Below the pieces are notes generated by a model. It saw only the letters and a program-made list of their open reading frames with translations. It was not told the DNA's origin and searched no databases. A program made the position numbers and the translations under genes. 64,000 bases of DNA, taken from contig JASGJN010000007.1 of the NCBI GenBank assembly GCA_049840735.1, positions 96,001-160,000 on the forward strand. The letters are read 5' to 3'. Source of the DNA: Anaeromyxobacter sp. (GTDB lineage Bacteria > Myxococcota > Myxococcia > Myxococcales > Anaeromyxobacteraceae). Below, piece after piece: positions 21,429-31,582 of this stretch. How positions within the stretch are numbered: the stretch's first letter is position 1; each line of letters starts with the position of its first letter.

Positions 21429-21938
21429 ATGCGCCTCGGCCCGCTCGCCGTCCCCCTCCTGCTCACCTCGGCGTGCGCCACCGGGATCGCGAGCCTGCCG
21501 CCCATGGACCCGGGGCCCCAGCAGTCGGCCGTCTACCTCTACCGCCAGCACGCGGAGCCGACGTCACGGACGGTGGACGTCCTGCTGGACGGCAAGGCCA
21601 TCGCCACGCTCGAGGAGGCCACCTTCACCCGCCTGCTGGTCGCCTCGGGGCGCCGCACGGTGCGGATGGCCTGGCCCGAGGACACGCAGGCCGGCGCCAC
21701 CCTCGAGCTCAAGCTGGAGCCGGGCAAGCGCTACTTCATCAGCGTGGAGACGTCGCGGGTCGGCGGCGGGCTGGCGGGCGACGTGGCGGTGGACGGCGGC
21801 ACGCGCTTCGCGTCGCGCGGCGGCGCGGGCAGCGCCGCCACCATCCAGTCCAAGGTCCGCTCGGTCAACCCGCTCGACGGCGAGTCCACCGTGAAGGCCT
21901 GCTGCAGCTACCTGCCCCCGCTGGTCGGCAAGCGCTGA
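21429..21938 (+). CDS. Lipoprotein, DUF2846-like
   Basis: Lipobox LTSAC; SAVYLYR..VLLDGKAIATL..LKLEPGKRYFI. Confidence 0.7.
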   Translation: MRLGPLAVPLLLTSACATGIASLPPMDPGPQQSAVYLYRQHAEPTSRTVDVLLDGKAIATLEEATFTRLLVASGRRTVRMAWPEDTQAGATLELKLEPGKRYFISVETSRVGGGLAGDVAVDGGTRFASRGGAGSAATIQSKVRSVNPLDGESTVKACCSYLPPLVGKR

Positions 21939-21944
21939 GGCGCC

Positions 21945-23834
21945 TCACCGCGGCGCGCCGCCCTCCCGCGCGCGCTTGCCGTGCATGAGCTCGATGACCG
22001 ACTGGTACAGCCGCCGCCGCGTCTCGTGCCGCTCGTAGGCGCGCGTGATGTACCGCACGTCGAGCTGCACGCCGCCGCTGGTGGGCACCACGTTGATGCC
22101 GGGGACGGCCGAGAAGGTCCGGACGCGGTAGCGGGTGGTGGTCCTGCGCCACTCCTGCTCGGCCTCGCGCGCGTTGGCCTCGGTCACGCCCTCCACCAGG
22201 TGCTGCAGGCCGTCGATGATGGGGTAGGGGTCCTGCCCCAGCGGCACCAGCACCTGGAGCGTGTCCCACATCCACTGGCCCGAGGTGGAGAAGTTGAAGT
22301 AGTGCCCCTCGATGGCGAAGGAGTTCACGAACGAGACCCGCCGCCCGGTGGGGTGGCCGGCGTCGGTCCAGCTCCCGGTCTCCAGCAGCACGGTGTGGAG
22401 CAGCCCGATCTCCGCCACCTCGCCGCCCACGCCCTTGATCTCCACCCAGTCGCCCACGCGGAGGCCGTTCCGGCCCATGAGCACGAACCAGCCGAAGAAG
22501 GCGACGATGAAGTCCTTGAGCGCCACCGTCAGGCCGGCGCCGGCCAGGCCCAGGATGGTGGTGAGCTGGCCGGGGGTGCCGAACACCACGAACACCGCGG
22601 CCAGCACGCCGGCCAGCTGCACGGCCAGCCGCGCCACGGTCCTCAGCGTCCCGGCGCGCAGCTGCTCCTGCTCGCGCCCCGCGAAGAAGCGATCCACGCC
22701 CAGCAGGCCCGCGAAGGTGATGAGCGCGATGATCAGCACCGTGGCCAGGCCGAGCAGCCCCCGGTGCGCGGCGGCGGACTGCTGCCGGCGCGCGATGGCG
22801 GTCCACTCCCCGTAGACGTCCGCCAGCTCCTGCTGGTCCTGCTGGCGGCGCGCGATGGCGGTGAGCCGGCGCTTGGCGGCCGCGGCCTGCCGCAGGGCGT
22901 TGGCCTGGCGGGTGGCCGGGTCGAGGGTGCCGTCGGCTCCGGCCGCCTGCGCCCCCTGCGCCGCGCTCTCCTCCGCCGCCTTCCGCAGCCGCGCGTTGAT
23001 CCGCTCGCTGACGCCGCCCAGCCGCTGGACCTCCGCCAGCGCGTCCGCCCGCGCGGTCTCCAGCTTCGCCACCTTCTCCCGGCGCGCCGCGAGCGCGCGC
23101 CCGCGCACCAGCAGGCTCCCGGTCGCGCTCGTGTCGGGCGCCAGCACCGGCGGCGGGCGCGTCTCCTTCTGCGCCGCGTCGTAGGCCGCCTTGAGCCGCT
23201 GGATCCGCGCCTGCGGGTCGCCGCCCGCCCGGGCCAGCTCCTCGCGCGCCTCCTCCAGCTCGTCCCGGGCCAGCTCCAGCTGGGCCCGCGCCACCTCCAG
23301 GTGGTCCACGATGGGCGGCCGCTCGGAGCCCGGCGCCGCGATGAGCTTGCGGGTGAGCTCGTCCACCTGCCCCTGGGCGGCGCCGGCCGCCGACTCGGCG
23401 CGGTCGCGCGCCTCGGCCAGCGCCTTCACCTGCGGCGTCACCTCGGGCGGCTCCTCGGCGATCCGCCGGAGCGCCTCGGCGAAGGCCAGGTCCACCGCGT
23501 GGTCGGCGAGCCGCTCCGCCTGCCGGGACAGCTCCTGCTCCTCCGGCGTCTCGGCCAGCGCCGAGAGGCGCCGCGCCGTCAGCACCGGCGCCGGGTTCAC
23601 CACCCGCTCGCGCCGCGGCGGGGCGCCCGCCTGGCCGGCCTGGGCCGGCTGCCCGGCCTGGCCGGGCTGCCCGGGGGCCGCCTCGCCGCCGGCCCCGGGC
23701 GGGCGGGCCCGGCCCACCTCCGCCTGCGGATCCGCCGGCGGGGCGTCCGGCTCGCGTGTCAGGTACAGCCCCGCGCCGACGGCGGCGAGGAGGGCCAGCA
23801 GGAGGAACCCGGGTACCCAGCGGCGGAGGTCCAT
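21945..23834 (-). CDS. MscS-family mechanosensitive channel with large periplasmic coiled-coil
   Basis: LGLAGAGLTVALKDFI, LRVGDWVEIKGVGGEVAEIGLLHT; N-terminal TM plus long coiled-coil. Confidence 0.88.
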   Translation of the reverse strand: MDLRRWVPGFLLLALLAAVGAGLYLTREPDAPPADPQAEVGRARPPGAGGEAAPGQPGQAGQPAQAGQAGAPPRRERVVNPAPVLTARRLSALAETPEEQELSRQAERLADHAVDLAFAEALRRIAEEPPEVTPQVKALAEARDRAESAAGAAQGQVDELTRKLIAAPGSERPPIVDHLEVARAQLELARDELEEAREELARAGGDPQARIQRLKAAYDAAQKETRPPPVLAPDTSATGSLLVRGRALAARREKVAKLETARADALAEVQRLGGVSERINARLRKAAEESAAQGAQAAGADGTLDPATRQANALRQAAAAKRRLTAIARRQQDQQELADVYGEWTAIARRQQSAAAHRGLLGLATVLIIALITFAGLLGVDRFFAGREQEQLRAGTLRTVARLAVQLAGVLAAVFVVFGTPGQLTTILGLAGAGLTVALKDFIVAFFGWFVLMGRNGLRVGDWVEIKGVGGEVAEIGLLHTVLLETGSWTDAGHPTGRRVSFVNSFAIEGHYFNFSTSGQWMWDTLQVLVPLGQDPYPIIDGLQHLVEGVTEANAREAEQEWRRTTTRYRVRTFSAVPGINVVPTSGGVQLDVRYITRAYERHETRRRLYQSVIELMHGKRAREGGAPR

Positions 23835-23883
23835 GGCCCGACACCAGACCACGAGTCGGCCGCGGGGTGAAGCGGCGCGTGGG

Positions 23884-24963
23884 CTACCTCACGCCCAGCC
23901 CCAGGGAAGGTGCCGCCGCGGCGCCGCTGGTGCGGACGTACAGGTCGCTCGAGCCGGTCAGCTGCGCGCGGTAGGTCGGGTCCCCGTCGCGCGTGATCAC
24001 GCCGGCGCTGGAGACGTCGAGCGTGAAGGGCATGGGCAAGGTGGTGGCGCCGGTGCTGGCGGCGAAGTCGGAGAACGTCACCCCGCCGGCGGCGTCGACG
24101 GCCAGCGTGCCGTGGTTCCACTGCGAGGCCGCCGCGCTGGGGCCGCTGAGCAGGGCGTGGACGTGGAAGGTGCCCGCCAGGTCCCCCTGAGCGTGCGCGG
24201 CCCCGGTCACGACCAGCACCAGCAGCGTCGGCTCGGGCGCCCCGGCGTCGCCGGTGGTGTTGACCAGGAAGGCCACCTCGCGGTCGGGCGCGAGGAACCC
24301 GAGCAGCGGCGTCCCGGGCATGGTCACGCGGCCGTACCCGTCCACCGCCAGCGTCCCGATCGCGCCCGCCTCGACGCCCTGGCCCAGCGAGTCCACCGCG
24401 GCCGCGATCGAGACCAGCCCGTCCGCGTCCACGCTCCCGGTGCCGCGCTCCCAGCGCGGGTGGGGGCCGCTGTAGAGCGCGTGGTAGGTGAACGCCTTCC
24501 CGGCCAGGTCGGACAGGTGGTAGGTGACGCCGGCCACGCGCCGCCGCCAGATCAGGAGCTGCTGCGCATCCACCACGCCGTCGGTGCGCCCGCTGGCCGT
24601 CCCCACCACCAGCGTGTGGCTGGCCGCCAGCGAGCCGTGGAAGCCCCCCGGCGCGTCGGCGCCCGCCAGCGTCACGGTCCCGTCCGCCGCCAGCGAGGCC
24701 GTCAGGTCGAGCGCGGCCGGCGGCGTGAACGGGCCGGTCCAGGAGAGCCCCTCGGTCGCCTGCACGGCGCCGTCGCTCCCCACCACCAGGTGCAGCCAGC
24801 TCCACTCCGCCGTGTCGTTGGTGGAGAAGCGGAGCAGGTCCCAGTCGCCGGTCAGGTCGTTCCCCGGGGGCTCGCTGGAGCCGCCGGAGGTGCAGCTGCC
24901 GAGAGGGGAGGCCAGGGAGGCGGCCAGGACGGCGAGGGCGAGGCGGGCGACGGGCGAGGGCAT
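23884..24963 (-). CDS. Putative lipoprotein with three repeated beta-rich modules
   Basis: ATG 24963; signal ending LGSC; repeats beginning DLTGDW, DLAGKAF, DLAGTF. Confidence 0.65.
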   Translation of the reverse strand: MPSPVARLALAVLAASLASPLGSCTSGGSSEPPGNDLTGDWDLLRFSTNDTAEWSWLHLVVGSDGAVQATEGLSWTGPFTPPAALDLTASLAADGTVTLAGADAPGGFHGSLAASHTLVVGTASGRTDGVVDAQQLLIWRRRVAGVTYHLSDLAGKAFTYHALYSGPHPRWERGTGSVDADGLVSIAAAVDSLGQGVEAGAIGTLAVDGYGRVTMPGTPLLGFLAPDREVAFLVNTTGDAGAPEPTLLVLVVTGAAHAQGDLAGTFHVHALLSGPSAAASQWNHGTLAVDAAGGVTFSDFAASTGATTLPMPFTLDVSSAGVITRDGDPTYRAQLTGSSDLYVRTSGAAAAPSLGLGVR

Positions 24964-25189
24964 GGGCAGCCTCCGGGCGCGCGGGCTGCTGCGCACCGTG
25001 ATTCTCACGCTGCCCACCCGGCCGGCGTCCGGTCGCGAGGGGTGGACCGAAGGGCCGGGCACGGTGCGGGTGCCCGGGATCGCCCGGCCCTGGCGGCGCC
25101 GGCGCTGCCCTCCCGCGCCTGCGGGAAACGACGACGGCCGGCACCCCTCGGAGGGAGCGCCGGCCGCCGGGTTCATCCGAGGCTGGAGG

Positions 25190-27561
25190 CTACCGCACCG
25201 CGACGGTGACGTTGTCGACGGTGGCCCAGTGCGTGCTGCCGGTGGACTTGACCCGGAAGCGCAGCTTCATGGTGGTGCTCTTGTAGGCGGTGATGTTGAT
25301 GGAGGCGTTGGTGGCGCCCCGCGTGCCGGTGTAGCTCGCCACCTGGGTCCAGGTGGAGCCGCTGTTGGTGGAGACGTCCACCGCCAGGTACTCGGAGGTG
25401 CCGAGGTTCTTGGTGGCGTACTTGAAGCCCAGCGTCACGGTGGTGCCGGTCTTGCTGATGGCGTTCTTGAGCGTGAGCTGCGACTCGGTCGAGCAGTTCA
25501 GGCAGGCCCCGACGCCGGAGCCGTTGAGCGTGCCCTGCTTCCACTTCCCGGTGGTGCTGCCGCCCGCGACCGCCCAGTTGGTCGCGATGCTGTCCATCGT
25601 GTCGTAGAAGTTGCCGTTGAACGCCGGGTAGATGTCGAGCGTGGCGCCGCCCGTGCCGGCGAAGTTGGCGCCGTCCGACCAGCGGGTGTCGTTGATGAGC
25701 GCCTTGTACTCGAAGGCGGCGCCCGAGGCGATGGCGGTGGTGGTGTAGACCCACACGTTGCCGGTGGTCCACTCGGTGGCCACGCCGGCGGTCCAGGAGA
25801 GCGGCGCCAGGCTCCCGCGCAGCGTGATGTTGTTGCCCATGCCCACGTCGTAGTGGACGCGGAAGGTGGTGGTCACGCTGCCGCCGCTGGCCAGCGTCGT
25901 CGCCGAGACGGTGCTCGACTTGGCCGAGGTGCCGGAGGCGTTGGAGGCGGTCACGTAGTAGTAGTACGCGGTGCTTGCGGCCAGCCCGATGTCACCGTAG
26001 CTGGTGGCGGAGGTGGTGCCGGCCACCGAGAAGGTGCAGGTGCTGCAGGTGGCCCGGTAGACCGTGTACGAGGTGGCGTCGGTCGAGGCGGTCCAGCTCA
26101 CGCTGATGGCGCTGCTGGAGGTGGCCGCGGCGGCCACGCCGGTCGGCGCCGCCGGGGTGGAGGCGGTGGCCCCCTGCCAGATGGCGTAGTTGGTCCCGCT
26201 CTGCCCGACCACCCACAGCCCGGCCGACGGCGCCCAGTCGCCGGGGCCGACCTTCACCGCGGTGTTGCCGTTCACGATGGCCGCGTACCTGCTGCTGTCG
26301 GCCGCCTGGATGGACACCGAGCTGGTGCTGGTGATCCCCTGCGCCTTGCGGATGGCGATCATGTTCTTGATGGCCGTCTGCAGCGGCGTGCCCCAGTCGA
26401 AGTAGTGGGACCAGAAGACCGAGGGGGTGCCGGGGTGGGTGAGGATGTACGCGTAGCCCTGCTCGACGTTGGCGCTGGGGAAGGCCCAGTGGTTCTGGCC
26501 GCCCGGCGCCGGGCCGGTGTCGTGGTTGTCGAGGAAGGTGACGGCGTAGGCAGGGTTGGAGCCGATGATGCCGGCCGGCTTGCCGCCGTTGTTCAGCTTG
26601 CCGAAGTCGTTGTAGCTGAACGCCTGCATCAGCAGCGGCTTGGTGACGAAGTCGAACGCGGCCGAGCGGTTGCCGGTGGCGGAGATCCAGTTGTTGATCT
26701 GGTTGCGCCAGTTGCTCGGGTCGTTGACGTCGAAGCTGTTGGTCGGCCAGTGCTCGCCCACCGAGAAGTAGGGCGAGGTGGCCGAGTTGTACTGGCCGAC
26801 GTAGCCGCCGCCGAAGCCCTTCACGTAGTCGTAGCGCCAGCCGTCGAAGCCGATCGTCCCCTTGAGCCAGTTGAGCCAGGTGGTGATGCCGTTCTGGACG
26901 TCGCCGTTGGTGTGGTCGAGGTCGCGGGCCGCGGCGTAGCCCTCACCGGAGTCCGAGGCGCCGCGCTGCGAGACGCCGGCGCCGGGGTTGCCGGCGGCGA
27001 AGTACTCGTCGTTGCTGGTGACCGCGTAGTTGTTGTTCGGGAAGGCGGGGTTGCAGAAGTCCGCCCAGTTGAGGCAGCCGTTGCGGTGGTTGATGACGAT
27101 GTCCGCCAGCACCTTCACGCCCTGGCCGTGCAGCGCCGTGATGGCCGACTGCAGCTGCGCCTGCGTGCCGTAGCTGGAGTTGAGGTTGTTCCACTCGGTG
27201 GGCAGGTAGCCCTGGACCGCGCCCGCCTTGCTGGGCGGCGGCATCCACACCATCGTGAACCCGCCGGCCTTGATGCTGGCCGCGTTGTTCTGCACCGTCG
27301 TGTACCAGCCGCCCTGCGTGCCCCAGATGAACCCCTGCAGCATCACGTCCGTGCCGCCGCCGGTGTAGGCGTCGGCCATGGGCACCTCGGCCGGATCGAC
27401 CGGGAGCACCCCCTCGTCCACCGCCTCCCCGGCGCTGCCCAGGTCCACCGCCTGGTCACCGCCCGGATCCCGATCCCCTCCGGCGCCGGCCCACACGCCG
27501 CCGAACCGACCCACACCAACAGCCCCAGCCACAGCGCTGCTGCGCGCTTCACTGCCTGCAT
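25190..27561 (-). CDS. Lipoprotein alpha-amylase (plant-type-like GH13) with FN3, CBM20-like and C-terminal beta domain (apparent -1 frameshift at ~27470)
   Basis: Signal MQAVKRAAALWLGLLVWVGSAAC in the upstream frame; LADIVINHR, GFDGWRYDYVKG, VGEHW, FLDNHDTG, GYAYILTHPGTP; FN3; VHYDVGMGNNITLRGSLAPLSW. Confidence 0.88.
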
Positions 27562-27829
27562 GTGTGTTTCCCCGTTTTCACCACCGCGCCGGCGGGCGCT
27601 ACCCCGGCTCCGCTCTCCCCGCGCGATCCGCCGGACGATCGCGACGCGGAGCCGGTTCCCTTCCTCGACGGCGGATTTGCGGATTTTGCATTTCCACGCG
27701 TAGGAATGGGACACACCATGTGTGCGGCGACACTCTGCCGCAGCGGCCGGACGCCGCGGAGCTGGTGCGTGACTGTGGGTGCTGGTGGGTGAAGCTGGGT
27801 GTCGAGCGGCGAGCGCCGTCAGGGCGGGA

Positions 27830-29347
27830 TCAGCGCTCGTAGATCTCCACCAGCCGCGCCAGGCGCCGGGCCGTCTCCGGGGCGAGCGCGTCCTCGCGCA
27901 TCCGCCAGGCCCAGTTTCCGCCCAGCGTGGCGGGGCGGTTCATGCGCGCCGGCGTGCCCAGGCCGAGGACGTCCTGCATGGGCACGATGGCGGTGTCGGC
28001 CACCGACGCGAGCAGGGTCCGGATCAGCACCCAGTGCATCTCGCGGCCGTCGGTGGCGAGGTACTCGCGCGCGAAGGCCTTCTCGGCCTCCACCTCCTCC
28101 GCCGTGCGCGTGCTCGCGCCGGCGTCGCCGCCCCACCAGCCCATGACCGTGTCGTTGTCGTGCGTGCCGGTGTAGGCGACCACGTCGCGGGCGTAGTTGT
28201 GGGGCAGGAAGGTGGGCGCCTGCGGGTCGTTGCCGAAGGCGAACTGGAGGATGGCCATCCCGGGGAAGCCGAAGCGGTGGCGCAGCCCCTCCACCTCCGG
28301 CGTGATCACGCCCAGGTTCTCGGCGATGAAGGGGAGCGGCCCGAGCGCCTTCTCCAGCGCCTCGAACAGCGCCGCGCCCGGCCCCTTCACCCACCGACCC
28401 TCCACGGCGGTGGGGCAGCTGGCGAGGATCTCCCAGAAGGCCTCGAACCCGCGGAAGTGGTCGAGCCGGATCCGGTCCACCATGGCCAGCGCGCCGCGCA
28501 CGCGCGTCACCCAGAACGCGAACCCGTCGGCCGCCATGCGCCCCCAGTCGTAGATGGGATTGCCCCAGCGCTGGCCGGTGGCGCTGAAGTAGTCGGGCGG
28601 CACGCCCGAGACCACCGACGGCTCGCCGTCGGGCTGCAGCTTGAACAGGTCCGGCCGCGCCCAGACCTCGGCCGAGTCGTGCGCCACGTAGATGGGCACG
28701 TCCCCCACCAGCGCGATGCCCAGCGCGCGGCAGCGGGCCCGCAGCGCCTCCCACTGCCGGAAGAACTGCCACTGGGTGAACACCTCGGCGGCGATGGCCT
28801 CGGCGTGCTGCTCCCGCGCGGCCAGGAGCGCGGCCGGCTCGCGCTGGCGCAGCGGCGCCGCCCAGCGCGTCCAGGGCTGGCCGCCGTGGGCGTCCTTGAG
28901 GACGGTGAAGAGCGCCCAGTCCTCCAGCCAGGCGGCGTGGCGGGCCCGGAAGTCGGCCAGCTCGGCGCGCCGCTCCGGGCCGGCCTTGTCGGCGAAGCTG
29001 CGCGCGGCGCGGACCAGCCGCTCCTTCTTCCAGAGCAGCGCCTCGTGCAGCGCCGCCGTGTCCGGGGTGCCGGCGGGCGCGCCGGCCAGGTCGGCCTCGG
29101 CCAGCCAGCCCTCGGTCCGGATCACGTCCAGCGAGACCAGCAGCGGGTTGCCGGCGAACGAGGAGAGCGCCTGGTAGGGCGAGTCGCCGTAGCCGGTGGG
29201 CGAGAGCGGCAGCACCTGCCAGAGGCGCTGGCCGGCCTCCGCCAGCCAGGCCGCGAACCGGTGCGCGGCGACGCCGAGGTCGCCGGCGCCGTGCGGGCCG
29301 GGGAGGGAGGTCGGGTGCAGGAGGATGCCGCTGCGGCGGTCGGACAT
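27830..29347 (-). CDS. malQ: 4-alpha-glucanotransferase (amylomaltase, GH77)
   Basis: RRSGILLHPTSLPG, WQVLPL.PTG..SPY, GVPPDYFS..GQRWGNP, RLDHFRG, YTGTHDNDT, RMNRP..GNW.WR. Confidence 0.96.
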   Translation of the reverse strand: MSDRRSGILLHPTSLPGPHGAGDLGVAAHRFAAWLAEAGQRLWQVLPLSPTGYGDSPYQALSSFAGNPLLVSLDVIRTEGWLAEADLAGAPAGTPDTAALHEALLWKKERLVRAARSFADKAGPERRAELADFRARHAAWLEDWALFTVLKDAHGGQPWTRWAAPLRQREPAALLAAREQHAEAIAAEVFTQWQFFRQWEALRARCRALGIALVGDVPIYVAHDSAEVWARPDLFKLQPDGEPSVVSGVPPDYFSATGQRWGNPIYDWGRMAADGFAFWVTRVRGALAMVDRIRLDHFRGFEAFWEILASCPTAVEGRWVKGPGAALFEALEKALGPLPFIAENLGVITPEVEGLRHRFGFPGMAILQFAFGNDPQAPTFLPHNYARDVVAYTGTHDNDTVMGWWGGDAGASTRTAEEVEAEKAFAREYLATDGREMHWVLIRTLLASVADTAIVPMQDVLGLGTPARMNRPATLGGNWAWRMREDALAPETARRLARLVEIYER

Positions 29348-29477
29348 GGGAGCTCCGCTCAAGAGGCGCGTCTGGGGAAGGCGTCTGGCCGAGGCGCCAG
29401 GGAAGGCGAAGCCCGGCGCCCGGTCAAGCCCGAAGTGCGGCAGGGGCGGGGGCGGGCCGCGCCCCGGCCGTCCCGGC

Positions 29478-30194
29478 TCACAGGTGCTGGATGCGCTGCT
29501 CGGGCGCCGGGGCGTCGTCGTCGTGGCCGTCCGGCAGCTGCCGCTCCAGGGCCCGCGCCACCGCGTCGCGCGCGCCCAGCCCGACCGCCAGCGCCGCCGC
29601 CAGCATCACCCCGCCCAGCACGATCCCGAAGGCCAGGGTGGCGAGGCCGCCCCCCACGCCCACGTGCTCGAGCGCCATGGCGGCGGCCAGCACCAGCACC
29701 AGCCACTTCACCGCCAGCGCCAGGTGGTGGGCCTGGCGGATTTGCCGGTTCACCGCGCCGATGAGCACGCTCCGCTCCAGGAAGCGGGCCGCCCCGATCC
29801 CCACCAGCAGGATCAGCGCCCCCACCACCAGCCGCGGCAGGAAGCCCAGCAAGGAGAGCCCCACCGCGGTGGTGGTGCTGGCGCCCAGCACGTCCAGCGC
29901 CAGGGCCACCCCGCCCAGCAGCACGAACCAGAAGGCGCCGCGGGCGATGAGCCAGGAGGGCTCGTGCCGCGCGTCGAGCGGGCCGCCGCCGCTGGTCATG
30001 CCCCACTCGCGGGCGCGCCGGTCGAACCCCATGCGCGCCAGCCCGCGGCGCAAGCCGGCCCGGATGAGCGCCGCCACCACCAGCGCGCCCACCAGCACCA
30101 GCAGCATGGCCACCAGCCCCGGCAGGTCGGCCACCAGCACCGCCGAGAGCCGGCCGAAGGCCGCCGACAGGACCTGCTCCACGCGCTCCCACAT
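29478..30194 (-). CDS. Membrane protein with mechanosensitive-channel TM-helix repeats (CmpX-like)
   Basis: Own SD (GGGAGGG) and ATG 30194; LPGLVAMLLVLVG and FLPRLVVGALILLVG repeats; ALAVGLGARD. Confidence 0.8.
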   Translation of the reverse strand: MWERVEQVLSAAFGRLSAVLVADLPGLVAMLLVLVGALVVAALIRAGLRRGLARMGFDRRAREWGMTSGGGPLDARHEPSWLIARGAFWFVLLGGVALALDVLGASTTTAVGLSLLGFLPRLVVGALILLVGIGAARFLERSVLIGAVNRQIRQAHHLALAVKWLVLVLAAAMALEHVGVGGGLATLAFGIVLGGVMLAAALAVGLGARDAVARALERQLPDGHDDDAPAPEQRIQHL

Positions 30195-30225
30195 GGCTTC
30201 GACCCTCCCTGTGAACGGCCGCCCG

Positions 30226-31451
30226 CTACGGGCTGAGCGATCCGGCCAGCGCCACCGCGAGATGAGGTAGGGCTTCTCGGCCTCGAACGCCGCGCAGAGC
30301 CGCTCGACGCGCGCCTCGGCCTGATCCGGGCCCATCGCCGCCACCTCGTTGACCCAGCCCGCCACCCACCCCAGGTAGAGCGGCGTCATGGAGCGGAGCA
30401 GCTGGTCGCGGTCCATCCGCTTGGCGTACCAGCCCACCGCGAAGTCGTAGACCACCCGGGCCCAGATGGCGTCGGGCACGCGGAAGGCCTCGGCCGGCTC
30501 GCGCTGGATCCGCTGCAGCGCCAGCATGGTCTGCGGCGGGAGGACCTCGCTCCAGAGCCGCCGCAGGTCCTGCCAGCCCAGCGCGAAGGCCGAGACCAGC
30601 GGCCCCGGCGCCGGCGGCGGCACCGGCTCCTCCGGCGCGCGCTCCCCGCCCGGCAGGCCGAAGGTCGGCACCGGCTGCGAGCCGCGCACGCGCTGCCAGC
30701 GCGGCGCGTGCAGCTCCATCTCGTGGAAGACCGGCCCCAGCACCCGGGCCACCGTGCCGGCCACGTCGGCCGGCGGCGCGGGCCGGCGCGGCCGCGGCCC
30801 CAGCACCACCTGGGCCATGCGGCTGTCCCGGGCGATGGCCTTGGTGATGACCCACAGGTCGCCGCCGGCGTGGGCCGGGTCGGTGCGCCAGGACTCGTCG
30901 TGCAGCAGCGCCTCGGCCAGGCGGCGGGAGAGCACGATGTCCGGGCCGAGCGGCTGGCGCAGCCGGTGGCCGAAGAGGGCGCGGGTCAGCGGGTAGACGA
31001 TGCCGGTGACCAGCACGCCCTCGAACGGCCCGCGGGCCGGCGCGGGGGCCACCAGGTCGAAGCCGCCCTCCAGCACCGGCTGGAGCAGCGCGCGGGCGAA
31101 GTCCGGGCCGGCCGGGAGCGGCTGCCCCTCCAGCAGCGCGCAGGCCGGCGCCCCCTGGGCCACCGCCAGCTCCAGCAGCGTGGGCAGGGCGCCGCCGGGG
31201 CCGGTGTGACCGCCGGTGTACACCAGCGGCGGGACCTCTCCCTCCGCCGGGAGCGGATCGCCGGGGGCCAGCGCCCCACGCGGATCCGGCGTGAGCAGGA
31301 CGGTGAGCGAGGGGCGGCCCGCCAGCGCCTGCTTCAGCCCGGCGCGGAGCGCCTGCGCCGTCTCGGTGGCCGCCAGCGCGTCGGGCTCGGACAGCACGCC
31401 GACGACGGCCTGCGGGGCCACGGCCTCGCCCGCTCGTGAAGGATCCAGCAC
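30226..31451 (-). CDS. Glycosyltransferase-like protein (glucosyl/mannosyl-glycerate synthase-like GT-A fold); -1 frameshift just before the stop
   Basis: LLQPVLEGGFDLVAP, IVYPLTRALFG.RLRQPLG, W.RVVYDF, PLYLGWVA, FEAEKPYLISRW. Restoring one T gives ..PDRFSP* at 30226. Confidence 0.7.
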
Positions 31452-31582
31452 GCGGACAACCTAACCGGTCTCCGGGTGGAAGGGGGCACCTTCCCCACCG
31501 GCCGGGACCGTCTCCGGAAGGGGCGATGCACCCTATAGATCAGCCGGGGCGCGCAGGGAACCGCCAGCCGCCGCCGGACGGC

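Noticed and set aside
29478..31451. Glycosyltransferase-channel fusion
   Set aside because: One missing T next to GATC removes the stop at 30226; the downstream gene has its own SD and ATG.
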